Shown: positions 50,901 through 60,929 of the stretch, one piece after another
How the letters are laid out: each line of letters starts with the position of its first letter
Position numbering within the stretch: the first letter of the stretch is position 1
Source of the DNA: Antedon mediterranea
Taxonomy: Eukaryota; Animalia; Echinodermata
DNA length: 64,000 bases
Assembly (NCBI RefSeq): GCF_964355755.1
Contig: NC_092673.1
Span: 19,465,648-19,529,647 of the forward strand
Reading direction: 5' to 3'
Made by a program: the position numbers and the translations under genes
The notes under the pieces: model-generated
What the model saw: only the letters and a program-made list of their open reading frames with translations
Told to the model about the DNA's origin: nothing
Database searches by the model: none

Positions 50901-53634
50901 TAGTGGTAAATGAATACCAAGACAGCTGGAGTTTGATTATGGACTTTGAACATAGAGGGATCATTGATAAGGATTTCACAAAGATGGTTACATTTCTCAA
51001 AGTTTTAGAAAGAAATGGAATGAAATGGGCAAAGAAGATTTTCCTTGATGGTTAGTTTATTAGTATTTCAGATTTAAATCTGTTTTCCACTTGGAAATTT
51101 TAAAGTACAGCATATATGCTTCTTGGATATCCATATTTCCATCTTCCAAATTCCTTTTTGTGACAAGTTCTTTGCTTCATTGAAATTAGTAGCTTGAATA
51201 GCATAAGCAACCAGAGCTCTAGAAATAAGTTATCGTTGTCATTAGCACTCATGTAAAATGTAGGGGGCAGGTGATACGCAATCAAAACGAAATTATAAAG
51301 TCCCAGTGATAGTTGTATTATTAATCAATTTTACATTTATTTGCATGAATGTTAATGTACTGACATGGTATCTATATATAAATTTACGTAAGGGCAAAAT
51401 TCGATAAATCTCGGTTTATTTCTAGAATGTTTACTCGATGGTATATAAAGTTGGTTCGTACTTTCGGTACTGATTTTAACCGCCTGATGTAACCCAGTTT
51501 ACTAATTAAATTGAGTTCGATAATTAGTTATTGACGATTAAAACGAATTTAGGTTCAACGATTTGCCCCAAATAGGGGTGTTTTTCGATCGTGGTATACA
51601 CTGTCTAATGGATGTCCGTCTTGAAAAATACCCGCAGACGATAATACGAGGATGCTTCACATTTTCCTATCTCCTCCTACGATAATTGTTTTTAATGGCT
51701 GAAAACCGGTTGAACAGCTCGAGTACAGCATCATAATGTTGAAGACAGGCCGATTTTCTTTAAAAAATACTATTTTTGATAGATTTAATATACGTTTATA
51801 CAAATGTATTGATTTGCGATGAATGGAACATTCCAATCTCTGTTCCACAATTGTCTATTAAACGGATAAAGAGCTAGCGTTTTCACTCGCCGTATATTAT
51901 GTATAAATCTTTATTATTGCAGTTAAACCACCCACATCATCACCCTTCCCTCACTGGCATGAGTAGCGTTGTAAAACCAGTAGAGGATAGGCCTACGGTA
52001 CATCACATGCCCTAAACGCAGAACAACTTTGGTGGGTAGGGTAGGAACCAACTTAAGTATGAAACAATTGAAAACCATTAGGCCTACTAATTAAGTTGAG
52101 TTAAATAATTTAATATTTTTTGACGATTAAATCGAATTTATGATTTTCCCCGAATAGAGGTGGTTTTCACAAATTGTTTTACATTATATAAACATTATAC
52201 ACGTCGTAGTGATGTATCGTTACATGTACTGTACTATTTCAATCGACTAGGACGGTGATAGTTTCAACAAATTATTACATCGCAATGTTTTACTGTGTTT
52301 AGTGGTATATTATTTGTAAAACATGAAAACAATAATAATAATAATAACTGCAGGTACTTGACAATTTAGAAATTTACAAATTAAAAAGTGGGTTTTGAGA
52401 AGAGATTTGAAGACACTGATGGAAGTAGCCTGACGGATTTCAATAGGCAACGCATTCCATAGAGAAACGGATGCCAAAGAAAACTTAGTGGAAGGATGAA
52501 ATATATGGGCAAGAAGAGACTCAGATCTAGATCTCAGAGACCGCTTATGAACATAAGGTTGAATAAGTTCAATTAATATTTCGTTACTAAATGGATAAAG
52601 AATATATTTAAAAATTGTTCCTGTTTGCACCCATTCTTTTCCCCATCCCTCAACCCTAATGTTACATACAAAACACAAATTAAGTTTGTTCAAATTTGAC
52701 AATTGGTCTCATTTTGTGACAAGTTTCTCTTTCGGAAGTAATTCCCATGGTGCTAATTTTAGTTGAGTACATAAATCACAGTGTCTATTTATTTGTTCCT
52801 GCAGGCTGTAAACGACATGTATTATTGTCCTGCGGTACGTACATTTGAAATCGCCAGTTTTTTAACGCTGAAATTATTATGTATTCGAGAACCATCTGTG
52901 GGCACGACCTAGATGGTACGCGAGCGAAGCGAGCGTACCATCTAGTTAATATAATTTTGCAAAAACTTGTGTTTTCACAGATGAAAAAGATGATACAGAG
53001 ACATTACTGCAGTCTGTCATCCGAGGTAGTCAACAAGGTACGATCCATTAGAGGTCATAGGAATACAGTTGTGTGTGTATAAATACTACTAAATGAACCA
53101 ATTACGGTATTTTTGTATCCAATTAAAGGTGAAAGCAGCGAGTTTTACATTTTAACAAAATTAATTTAGAACAGTAGCTGTGGTATGAAACAAATAATGA
53201 ATTAATTTTTGTTGCGAACCATAAAAGATTGAATTCAATTTTAAATTGAAGTTCAATATTACTTGTACTGAAATACTAAATGCTATGTATAAGGAATATC
53301 TTTACCAATAATTAAAAAGTGCTTTTTGTCATCCCCTAAAATGATGCATTGATAAAAGTTTAGCTAATTTTGATAAACAGAAACAAATCATAATGAAAAC
53401 ACTTTGATAATCAAAAATCAAAAAAATTTAGTCTTTATCAAAACATTTTTCTTTTTAATTTCAGATATCTGGTTGATAGTTGCAGTATTTTGTATTGCTT
53501 TAATCGCAGTCTTAGCAGTTTTCGTTCCATTTTACGATCTAATAATAATATTTTTAAGTACTATGGGTTTGTTTGTAACTCTGGTTGAATTGGTGTGGTG
53601 TGTACATAAAAAAATGACTGCATCTGGTACTTAG
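32907..53634 (+). CDS. Gene B (complete model, 20 coding exons, 1140 aa): DED-DED / Roc GTPase / COR / DED-DED / 2 TM helices
   Basis: Exons 32907-32916 (ATG), 33005-33505, 34990-35155 (P-loop GQEGVGKT), 35730-35815 (ITDGI, G2), 40963-41033, 42319-42424, 43060-43205 (WDHGGQ), 45130-45219, 45439-45618 (VGTHKG), 45815-46066, 46566-46757, 47072-47266, 47439-47741, 47925-47996, 48400-48613, 49006-49044, 50508-51050, 52805-52834, 52981-53037, 53465-53634 sum to 3423 nt in one open frame with GT-AG junctions. The 50508 acceptor is weak. Confidence 0.82.
33005..33505 (+). CDS. Gene B N-terminal tandem DED-like exon
   Basis: 501-nt phase 1-1 exon inside ORF 32947-33528; LKVLYQD, LLQELRANGRLSSDNRILLYDTI, TRYRLQI, WSMILDFEQRKII. 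Confidence 0.7.
34990..35155 (+). CDS. Gene B Roc P-loop (G1) exon
   Basis: Reads AYNEALKEGKVKVNLGMLKVIGQEGVGKTCLINACLGK; GxxxxGKT preceded by the ALxxG..V segment commonly seen before Roc domains. Confidence 0.88.
36291..37031 (+). CDS. gag: Gypsy gag (frameshifted before the zinc knuckles)
   Basis: MAYAIPPP..YERHRFYTAKQETGETIDQY..LAEECKF..MLRDKLVIG capsid-like motifs; the CCHC knuckle lies in the +1 (pol) frame. Confidence 0.85.
   Translation: MAYAIPPPKAMTFAGSGNLEKAWITFKEAWVDYRIAVGLDKKNTNIQIATLKSIMGDDCRKRLKTLGLTDAEMTDHDTILAKLQEHFKPTRNVLYERHRFYTAKQETGETIDQYFVRLRQLAEECKFDTKEDEMLRDKLVIGCSDAAAKARIFRLKDKNTDLKTTLESLRISEAADKQLKALDHETNSNVEAVNYNKPNYNKHKKLWNGTQTETVSSVWPVMQKMRKTKPLGQEMLVWAKEPQTCA
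36871..40173 (+). CDS. pol: Gypsy pol polyprotein (nucleocapsid knuckle, protease, RT, RNase H, integrase)
   Basis: CRKCGKRNHWAKKC, VDTGA, LRICLDPHDLN, RLPFG, IKDD, CDAS, DHKPL, HHCC (HKQHQG..CDAC), IISDNG, NGRAER; frame open from 36871. Confidence 0.95.
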   Translation, partial: TTTSLTTTNTKSCGTVHKPRQCPAYGQSCRKCGKRNHWAKKCLSGQKNPRHAHEIQTTADDLDDPANYGFDLDVINIDTCESRSTRGEKYAVIIVRTDHQQSIRLKAKVDTGAAKNILNHSTYRALFGPRHQTEKSPVTLTGYGNIPIKNLGKASARSVEHNRMKLNNVEFIITEKGNNLISHDLCCKLNIVRYPCEKEQNCCTNFDIEECENITTKEQLIKENHETFKGVGKIQNEYDIELTQDAEPTIKPARRTPEALKIPLRNELNRLTDLGIIKEVREPTDWVSNIVLVTKPNGTLRICLDPHDLNKAVKRPHYYAKTLDDILPDLREAKYFSTLDLRSGYWNIPLTNRSQLLTTFSTIYGRFCFTRLPFGLISAQDVFQVDLDGIFGNIPNVFCIKDDILIAAKTSNEHEKAIQDVMKACRKENIKLNPDKCQINKRNVKLFGHVLSKEGIAPDPAKVTAIQNLKAPANKQELQSLLGLVQYLSKFAKLSHLTEPIRKLLQKDAVYEWTPSHDKALDNIKDAIINTPVLAYFDARKEITIQCDASMKGLGAVLMQQDKPIHYASKSLTPAEKNYSNIEREALAVVWAIKHFRYYVFGREFTICSDHKPLEDIAKKDISKMPSRLQRLMLQMQDYKGTIKYVPGKEVPIADCLSRCIDTNQRTFQIPDLDVQINELTDTKLFVLDKIKEATAADNMLQELSKIILNGWPNEKNQCNETTHAYWQHRYELAIHDGIILKGSRIIIPKEMRPRILNILHKQHQGTEKTRLRARQSVYWPGINADIERIINNCDACQTHQRSQSKLPVKPIHTSEAMEIIAIDLFEFEGKQYLLTVDYFTGYIWADQMINTTSNTVINKLETIFSLFGNPTTIISDNGSQLTSETLQAFCNNHEIIHRTSAPHHQQANGRAERSIQTLKSMLKKSEKGEKSLYEILVALRDTPISSDIPSPYTLMFNRKVKNSVPSINFPTQRNNNHIQAKAHRTEAYAQYHAEPPPLEVGKECRFQKAPKSMWQPAKVVQCTSDRNYTVITPEGVQYQRDRINIRPTPTSTLSKQPSEKQAITPQITGKQKINIIPAQQTRPKRTHTMPEKFKDHIME
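41344..41921 (-). mobile_element. HINE/Helitron-like element carrying a tRNA-derived segment
   Basis: Minus strand begins ATTACCTCCGCCAAGGAGGTTATG, has a GT microsatellite and ends GCCGGAGGT..GTACTCTCGGAGTAC (hairpin)..CTAGTT. Confidence 0.6.
41482..41555 (+). pseudogene. Degenerate tRNA-derived (SINE-head-like) sequence
   Basis: A-box TGGTGTAATGG and B-box GGTTCAAGCC at tRNA-like spacing followed by a T-run; acceptor stem does not pair well. Confidence 0.5.
42548..42919 (-). mobile_element. Penelope-like element 3' fragment (GIY-YIG tail)
   Basis: ORF 42632-42931: ATILTKEP..RQIRESLHIR..MNRDTG..LSHLY; bracketed by inverted copies of TTTGTAAAAGCACAAGTTAACGGAGT. Confidence 0.7.
43269..44867 (+). 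mobile_element. Non-autonomous Helitron/Helentron (HINE)-like element
   Basis: 5' AGTTATCCGCTTGGTATACCAAGCGGATAACT hairpin, 3' GCGGATAACT, hairpin ACTCGTCAAAGTGACGAGT, CTAG-T; 3' half homologous to 8560-9020. Confidence 0.62.
50508..51050 (+). CDS. Gene B second tandem DED-like exon (paralog of the N-terminal exon)
   Basis: ORF 50492-51055 shares W[YF]D, LKVLY.D, G.L...N..ILYDT.K.T.Q.G and Y.D.WS.I.DFE.R.II with the 33005-33505 exon; phase-1 donor at 51051. Confidence 0.72.
52380..52585 (-). mobile_element. L2-like LINE 3' fragment
   Basis: YVHKRSLRS..LWNALPIEIRQATSISVFKSLLKTH in ORF 52310-52702. Confidence 0.65.
53465..53634 (+). CDS. Terminal exon encoding a double hydrophobic (transmembrane) hairpin with a short basic tail
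   Basis: Strong acceptor (ttttaatttcag), phase 1; IWLIVAVFCIALIAVLAVFVPF / LIIIFLSTMGLFVTLVELVWCV / HKKMTASGT-stop. Confidence 0.65.
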
Positions 53635-55638
53635 TCACAAAACACAGAAGATGACTAATCAATGTTTGTAAAAATATGGAATATTTTATTTATTTGTGTT
53701 TCATTTTATGCTTCATTTTTGTTCAATTCAAGAAACATTTATTGACCAAAAATATTATATCATAACAATGGTTTGCATATAATATATATAGTCGAGAGAC
53801 TACAAAGGCCCAATGGGCCTGTCGCTGTAGTCCCTCTTTACATTATACAAATAATAATAATACAACACTTAATCTTAATTAGCCATTACGTACATTATAT
53901 AAATGGAAAAAAAAAAGAATACAGTATCTTAATTAATTAGGTTAAAAATTGGTATATATATATATATTATGCCAGTATTGTGTTTAATAATAAATAATTT
54001 AAATAAATGGAAACATCTAGTTAGTTTATTTTGTTGTTACTATTACAGTCAACTCTCCCAATACTAATATTATTTTACTATGAATTAAAGTATTTATTAA
54101 CAAATGAATTTATGAATAATTTACATAAGGCTCAGAAGAAATGGACGAATAACCTAAAAGATAAATTATTAAAACTATCTAAAGACTTGATGTTAATAAT
54201 TTAATTATTTTATCGATTCCTTTTTCTTTCTTACCTTATCATAATGGACACAAATCCTGCATATCAACGTAAAATCTGTTTATAAGCATCACATACAGTT
54301 TAAGATTTTTAAGATGACAATAGTTCAAATACATGTAGCATGTCAATATAATCTGTATGTATTGGTATTTGTTTAACATATATATCTTTCTATATTTGCA
54401 TTATTTTATATCGTATACATGTCAATTTAATCTATAGGTATGTGTATTTGTTCAATATATATACTTCTATACTACTATAATATGTTATACCGTAAATACA
54501 AATTGTAAGTAGTAGTTGTACTAAGATGACATCGGGTATGAAGCGTCTCACATACACACAGAGCCAAAATTGCATCTTGGACTTGCACCGTGTATGGACT
54601 CTAACCTTACGGTTTCCATTAAATATACCATTTCATGCTATCATTCTAAATAACTAACTTTCAACCTACTGCATTCCTCTTTTTTTCATACCATCCATCT
54701 TATCTTGGTGAAAAGGGAGGATACTACATTTTCCTCCCCTGAGTTTATAGCCTCTCTACTCGAACACAAACTCGAACACAAATAAGATCACAAATAAGAT
54801 AGTTTAACAAGACAATTTTAATCATGTATTTTACCGCCATTTTTCATTTCTACATTTTAATTAACATCGTATCTAAAATTTTAAATGAGAAAATATATGG
54901 TTAATATAATGAATTCTGGCATCTTATTATGTAAATATACCGGTATTTTAACTACTCTAAACACTTACTTTTAATTGTCACAAATGTACTTATATGTATA
55001 TAATATATTCATCAATGAGAATTTAAATAAACGTGAGAAGAACTCACACAAGACAAAAAAAAACTCTCCCAATACTGGACACCTTTGGGCTGGCATAATA
55101 TTTCTAGTTTTCTGGAAAGTCTGGTATTCAGAATGTGTTTCTAATGGTAAATAAATATGGGACCTTTTGGAACTCAAGAAGTGTCTGTTTTTAGGAAAGA
55201 GTTTCTGGTTTTTGTGGCCAGTATTGGGGGAGTTTTTTGTTATATTAGTTCTAATTTAATTCAAATTATGCATCTTTACACATGTGGGTTTGTTGCTGTC
55301 AATTATAATTTGTTAAATTTGAATGGGCAATAGGGATGTCCAAAAAAAAATGTGAAAATTGATGTTTTCAAAATTATATTATCATCTATAATTATGAACA
55401 AGTAATTGAGAGAAGCAATCCAATTTTATTATTTTTGAGTGCATATAAAAAAAACTAAAGTAGAATGTTCAAATTTTAACAAAATGAAATTAAAACAATC
55501 TATTGTCAAAATTGTTGAGGTCTGACAATGGTGATGATGAGAATGGTGCTGAAAATGTTGATGATAATGATTGTTAATATAATGAATGGTGCTAAATGTG
55601 TTTGACACAATTTATGTCAAACGCAGAGCAGGACCAAT

Positions 55639-56571
55639 ATGTTTATATATATATATTTAAACCAAACCAAACCAAACGCCACGTTACAGTATATCCATCA
55701 ACAAAGTAACCACCCACCGACCATCCTAAAGAATATACCCGCCGGAATAAACAGGCGACTCTCGTCCTTGTCATCCGACAAGAATTCATTCGACCAAGCC
55801 GCCCCTGTATACCAGAAAACTCTCAACAACAGTGGATACCAGTACACACTAAAATATGAGCCGGTAACCCAGACAAGACGAAAAAACAGACAACGAAAAG
55901 ACATTCTGTGGTACAACCCACCGTTCAGCAAAAACGTCAGCACAAACATTGGACAGAAATTCCTATCCCTAGTAGACAAACATTTTCCAAAAGATAACAA
56001 ACTAAGAAAAATCTTCAACCGAAACACTATCAAGATTAGCTACAGTTGTATGAACAATATGAAACAGATAATAGACAGTCACAACCAGAGAATACTCAAC
56101 CAGCCCGAAACAACATCCATGGAAAACACGCAAGAAAACAAAACATGCAACTGCCGACAGAAAAACACATGCCCGCTAAACGGAAATTGCTTACAATCAT
56201 CTGTAATATACCAAGCCACAGTTACACGCAAAGACAAATCCACCTCGGAAACTTATATCAGACTTACTGAAAATTATTTTAAAACACGATACAGAAATCA
56301 CACCTCATCATTCCGTAATTCACGTTCTAGAAACTCAACTGAACTCAGTAAACATATTTGGACACTCAAGGACAATAACACAGACTATACAATCTCATGG
56401 CGCATCTTGACATCTACTAAAGCATATAGTAGCGCAAACAAAAAATGCAATCTCTGCCTTAAAGAGAAATTATTTATCATCCGCCACCCTGAATTATCGA
56501 CATTAAACAAACGTAACGAACTTGTGTCCGCCTGCCGGCACAGAAAGAAAGCATTGTTACATAACAGCTGA
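55639..56571 (+). pseudogene. Penelope RT C-terminus plus GIY-YIG endonuclease (truncated)
   Basis: Lacks the RT core; YIG motif reads YIR. Confidence 0.85.
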
Positions 56572-56780
56572 CATTCCAAAACATATCACCTGTAAATGCT
56601 AATTCTACAAGTAAATGTGCTTATAAGCAGCGTTGTAATTGATTCTTCTCATTATAGTCTCCTGATGAGTGAGTTGCACGACTCACGAAACAAGCCTGTA
56701 GAGACCAAACTGTAGTTTTTACTTCTTTTCCAGACTTAACGTATATATTTATTATATATATATATATTCTTTCCTTAGCA
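55660..56780 (+). mobile_element. 5'-truncated Penelope-like retroelement
   Basis: ORF 55639-56571 with RT C-terminus (YIHQQSNHPP, WYNPPFS), CNC..CPL..C, VIYQATV..TYIRLTE..FKTRYRNH, CNLCLKEK; 3' UTR with hammerhead; (TA)n at both ends. Confidence 0.9.
56657..56705 (+). ncRNA. Type I hammerhead ribozyme (Penelope-associated)
   Basis: GTCTC-CTGATGA-GTGAGT tgcacg ACTCAC-GAAA-CA agcc TG-TA-GAGAC: core boxes with stems I and II paired and a minimal stem III. Confidence 0.85.
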
Positions 56781-57344
56781 TTATTTTGTCCGTAAATAAA
56801 TCCAGAGATTAAGTTCATCTTGCTATGTCAATTTTTCAGAGTATATTCCTTATGGCCAGGAATTGATGTGATTAGCTTTTCACACTGCACAATCAAATAT
56901 TACGCGGCTACGTGCAATTTATCGAAATCACGTTTGTAATCATATCTTCACAACCATGTATCATAATTAAACAAAATTTAGTACTCTCAAATTTTAGCTC
57001 ATATTTCATCATATTCGGCCTTAACATGTCAAAAAAATTGTCCAAATTTTTTTTCTATGAAATTAGTATACGTTTCATGCAATTTTTTAAACGCTTAAAA
57101 AAATACACGGAGGAATCTTCAACTTTTATTCAGGTGTGTGCTTGGTGGTCTGTGATCGCATCTATGGCATTCAAGGTACTGAGATCGAGTCTCACCTTGG
57201 GAAATGAAATAAGATTTTTTTTAAATATCCATATTGTTTGTTTATATTCATGATTTATAATGAAATCTAGAGAAAAATTTTTTTTTATTATTATGTAACA
57301 AGGGTGGTTTTGACAAATACGCAGCAAGAGCATTGATCAGATTG

Positions 57345-57580
57345 TTTTATTTGATGTGCAGTGATACTGGCTATTGTATTTGATGTGCAGTGATACTGGC
57401 TATTGTATTTGATGTGCAGTGATACTGGCTATTGTATTTGATGTGCAGTGATACTGGCTATTGTATTTGATGTGCAGTGATACTGGCTATTGTATTTGAT
57501 GTGCAGTGATACTGGCTATTGTATTTGATGTGCAGTGATACTGGCTATTGTATTTGATGTGCAGTGACTATTGTATTTGC
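57345..57580. repeat. 29-bp minisatellite (7 full units plus a partial)
   Basis: Unit TGTGCAGTGATACTGGCTATTGTATTTGA. Confidence 0.92.
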
Positions 57581-58966
57581 GTTACCAAGATCCTATCTTT
57601 CATTATATTATAACTACCGTAATTAAAGATTCTGACAATATCAATCAACCAATATATCTTTTAAAAATCAATTATCTTAATTTAAATCAATGCATATAAC
57701 CTATAATTTGTGATAGTGACGAATTAAATCTAGTAATTGAATATACTGTATTACTATATATTTACAATTTGTTCTTGTGTATATTTCAACAATAACATGT
57801 AAAGTAATGTCAGGTATCGAAAGTTTGTCATTTGTTGTGTCGGTTGGTGGATTATAATATTCACATTAATAATTTTATGATAATTATCGTACCATGCTAT
57901 GTAATTTTGATGCGTAAATGTACTGATATCTTATATTACCGTAATTTGTACTCTCAGGGTTTTCCTTATGTTTATAGATAAGCCAATATGTATGTATACA
58001 CATATTTTACAGAGAACGTAGAAAGTGAATAAAGTTATTTATGTGGCAACCAAAAACACAGTTTGGATGTTTTATTCTGTGATTTCCGTATGACTACATC
58101 GAGGAGAGCCTCACACGCTCATATCTATGAAGCAAACACAAATTAATACAGATTGTTGAATATACCACAACAGTAATAAAGATTTCTTAAATAAAAATTG
58201 GTGGGAGAACAGAGCAGCAGACTAAGTTTTTATTGTGATCAGAAATGATACCATTATTGAAAAAAATGTTATTGAACTGAAATACTAAAGTAACAATTTT
58301 TCGACAATTTATTTTTGTTGTTGTCGTTTATGGACAACAAGACAATTTATTGTGGATAATATTAATATTCACAATCTGTAGTTGTTGACAGGTGATAATG
58401 ATAACTATTAATTTATCAATCTGTGTGAACTGTCATCTTAAAATGTCTGTTTAATTCATATTTTGCAATTTCAATGTTTTCATTCTTAATGCTGCAAGTT
58501 TGACCTACTGTAATTAATATAATAATTCAATTCACAATAACATATTTGTCTTTCTTTTCTAAATACAGTAAATGAACAGAGTTTGAATAGTAAAAATAAA
58601 GAGGCAAAATACCCTGGAACTGGAAGTACTTTGGAAAGTCTTCCAATTTTATTTTACTTGAGAGAACCAGTTAATTATATAGTTTGTTAATTAATTTATG
58701 ATTTTGATGTGCAGAATTACAAAACTAAACACATGGAAATGAGACCAGGTAAACGGAAGTAAATAATTAAATCCTTGCGCCCTCTAATCCTTACCATACT
58801 AGACATAGACACAACTTTTGTTGAATCCCACTGTGCTACTAAACACCACTTCTCTAGCCCTGTTCCATATTTGAAACAAACAATGCTTAAATCTAAATTA
58901 ATGTTTGATGAATTCTACAAGTAAATGTGCTTATAAGCAGCGTTGTAATTGATTCTTCTCATTATA

Positions 58967-59015
58967 GTCTCCTGATGAGTGAGTTGCACGACTCACGAAA
59001 CAAGCCTGTAGAGAC
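58967..59015 (+). ncRNA. Type I hammerhead ribozyme, duplicate copy
   Basis: Same sequence as 56657-56705, offset 2310. Confidence 0.85.
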
Positions 59016-59654
59016 CAAACTGTAGTTTTTACTTCTTTTCCAGACTTAACGTATATATTTATTATATATATATATATTCTTTCCTTAGCATTATTTTGTC
59101 CGTAAATAAATCCAGAGATTAAGTTCATCTTGCTATGTCAATTTTTCAGAGTATATTCCTTATGGCCAGGAATTGATGTGATTAGCTTTTCACACTGCAC
59201 AATCAAATATTACGCGGCTACGTGCAATTTATCGAAATCACGTTTGTAATCATATCTTCACAACCATGTATCATAATTAAACAAAATTTAGTACTCTTAA
59301 ATTTTAGCTCATATTTCATCATATTCGGCCTTAACATGTCAAAAAAATTGTCCAAATTTTTTTTCTATGAAATTAGTATACGTTTCATGCAATTTTTTAA
59401 ACGCTTAAAAAAATACACGGAGGAATCTTCAACTTTTATTCAGGTGTGTGCTTGGTGGTCTGTGATCGCATCTATGGCATTCAAGGTACTGAGATCGAGT
59501 CTCACCTTGGGAAATGAAATAAGATTTTTTTTAAATATCCATATTGTTTGTTTATATTCATGATTTATAATGAAATCTAGAGAAAATTTTTTTTTTATTA
59601 TTATGTAACAAGGGTGGTTTTGACAAATACGCAGCAAGAGCATTGATCAGATTG

Positions 59655-59919
59655 TTTTATTTGATGTGCAGTGATACTGGCTATTGTATTTGATGTGCAG
59701 TGATACTGGCTATTGTATTTGATGTGCAGTGATACTGGCTATTGTATTTGATGTGCAGTGATACTGGCTATTGTATTTGATGTGCAGTGATACTGGCTAT
59801 TGTATTTGATGTGCAGTGATACTGGCTATTGTATTTGATGTGCAGTGATACTGGCTATTTTATTTGATGTGCAGTGATACTGGCTATTGTATTTGATGTG
59901 CAGTGACTATTGTATTTGC
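59655..59919. repeat. 29-bp minisatellite (8 full units plus a partial)
   Basis: Same unit, one more copy than at 57345. Confidence 0.92.
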
Positions 59920-60929
59920 GTTACCAAGATCCTATCTTTCATTATATTATAACTACCGTAATTAAAGATTCTGACAATATCAATCAACCAATATATCTTT
60001 TAAAAATCAATTATCTTAATTTAAATCAATGCATATAACCTATAATTTGTGATAGTGACGAATTAAATCTAGTAATTGAATATACTGTATTACTATATAT
60101 TTACAATTTGTTCTTGTGTATATTTCAACAATAACATGTAAAGTAATGTCAGGTATCGAAAGTTTGTCATTTGTTGTGTCGGTTGGTGGATTATAATATT
60201 CACATTAATAATTTTATGATAATTATCGTACCATGCTATGTAATTTTGATGTGTAAATGTACTGATATCTTATATTACTGTAATTGGTACTGTACTCTCA
60301 GGGTTTTCCTTATGTTTATAGATAAGCCAATATGTATGCATACACATATTTTACAGAGAACGTAGAAAGTGAATAAAGTTATTTATGTGGCAACCAAAAA
60401 CACAGTTTGGATCTTTTATTCTGTGATTTCCGTATGACTACATCGAGGAGAGCCTCACACGCTCATATATATGAGTTGAAGCAAACCCAAATAAATACAG
60501 ATTGTTGAATATACCACGACAGTAATAAAGATTTCTTAAATAAAAATTGGTGGGAGAACAGAGCAGCCGACTAAGTTTTTATTGTGATCAGAAATGATAC
60601 CATTATTGAAAAAAATGTTATTGAACTGAAATACTATAGTAACAATTTTTCGACAATTTATTTTTGTTGTTGTCGTTTATGGACAACAAGACAATTTATT
60701 GTGGATAATATTAATATTCACAATCTGTAGTTGTTGACAGGTGATAATGATAACTATTAATTTATCAATCTGTGTGAACTGTCATCTTAAAATGTCTGTT
60801 TAATTCATATTTTGCAATTTCAATGTTTTCATTCTTAATGCTGCAAGTTTGACCTACTGTAATTAATATAATAATTCAATTCACAATAACATATTTGTCT
60901 TTCTTTTCTAAATACAGTAAATGAACAGA

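Noticed and set aside
32907-53634. Naming the genes LRRK1/LRRK2, DAPK1, MFHAS1 or caspase-8/cFLIP
   Set aside because: No kinase, LRR, ankyrin or caspase (QACxG) exons were found, so no gene symbol is assigned.
56912-59643. Duplicated 113-aa and 67-aa ORFs
   Set aside because: No recognisable motifs; they lie in repeat-derived DNA copied by the 2.3-kb duplication.
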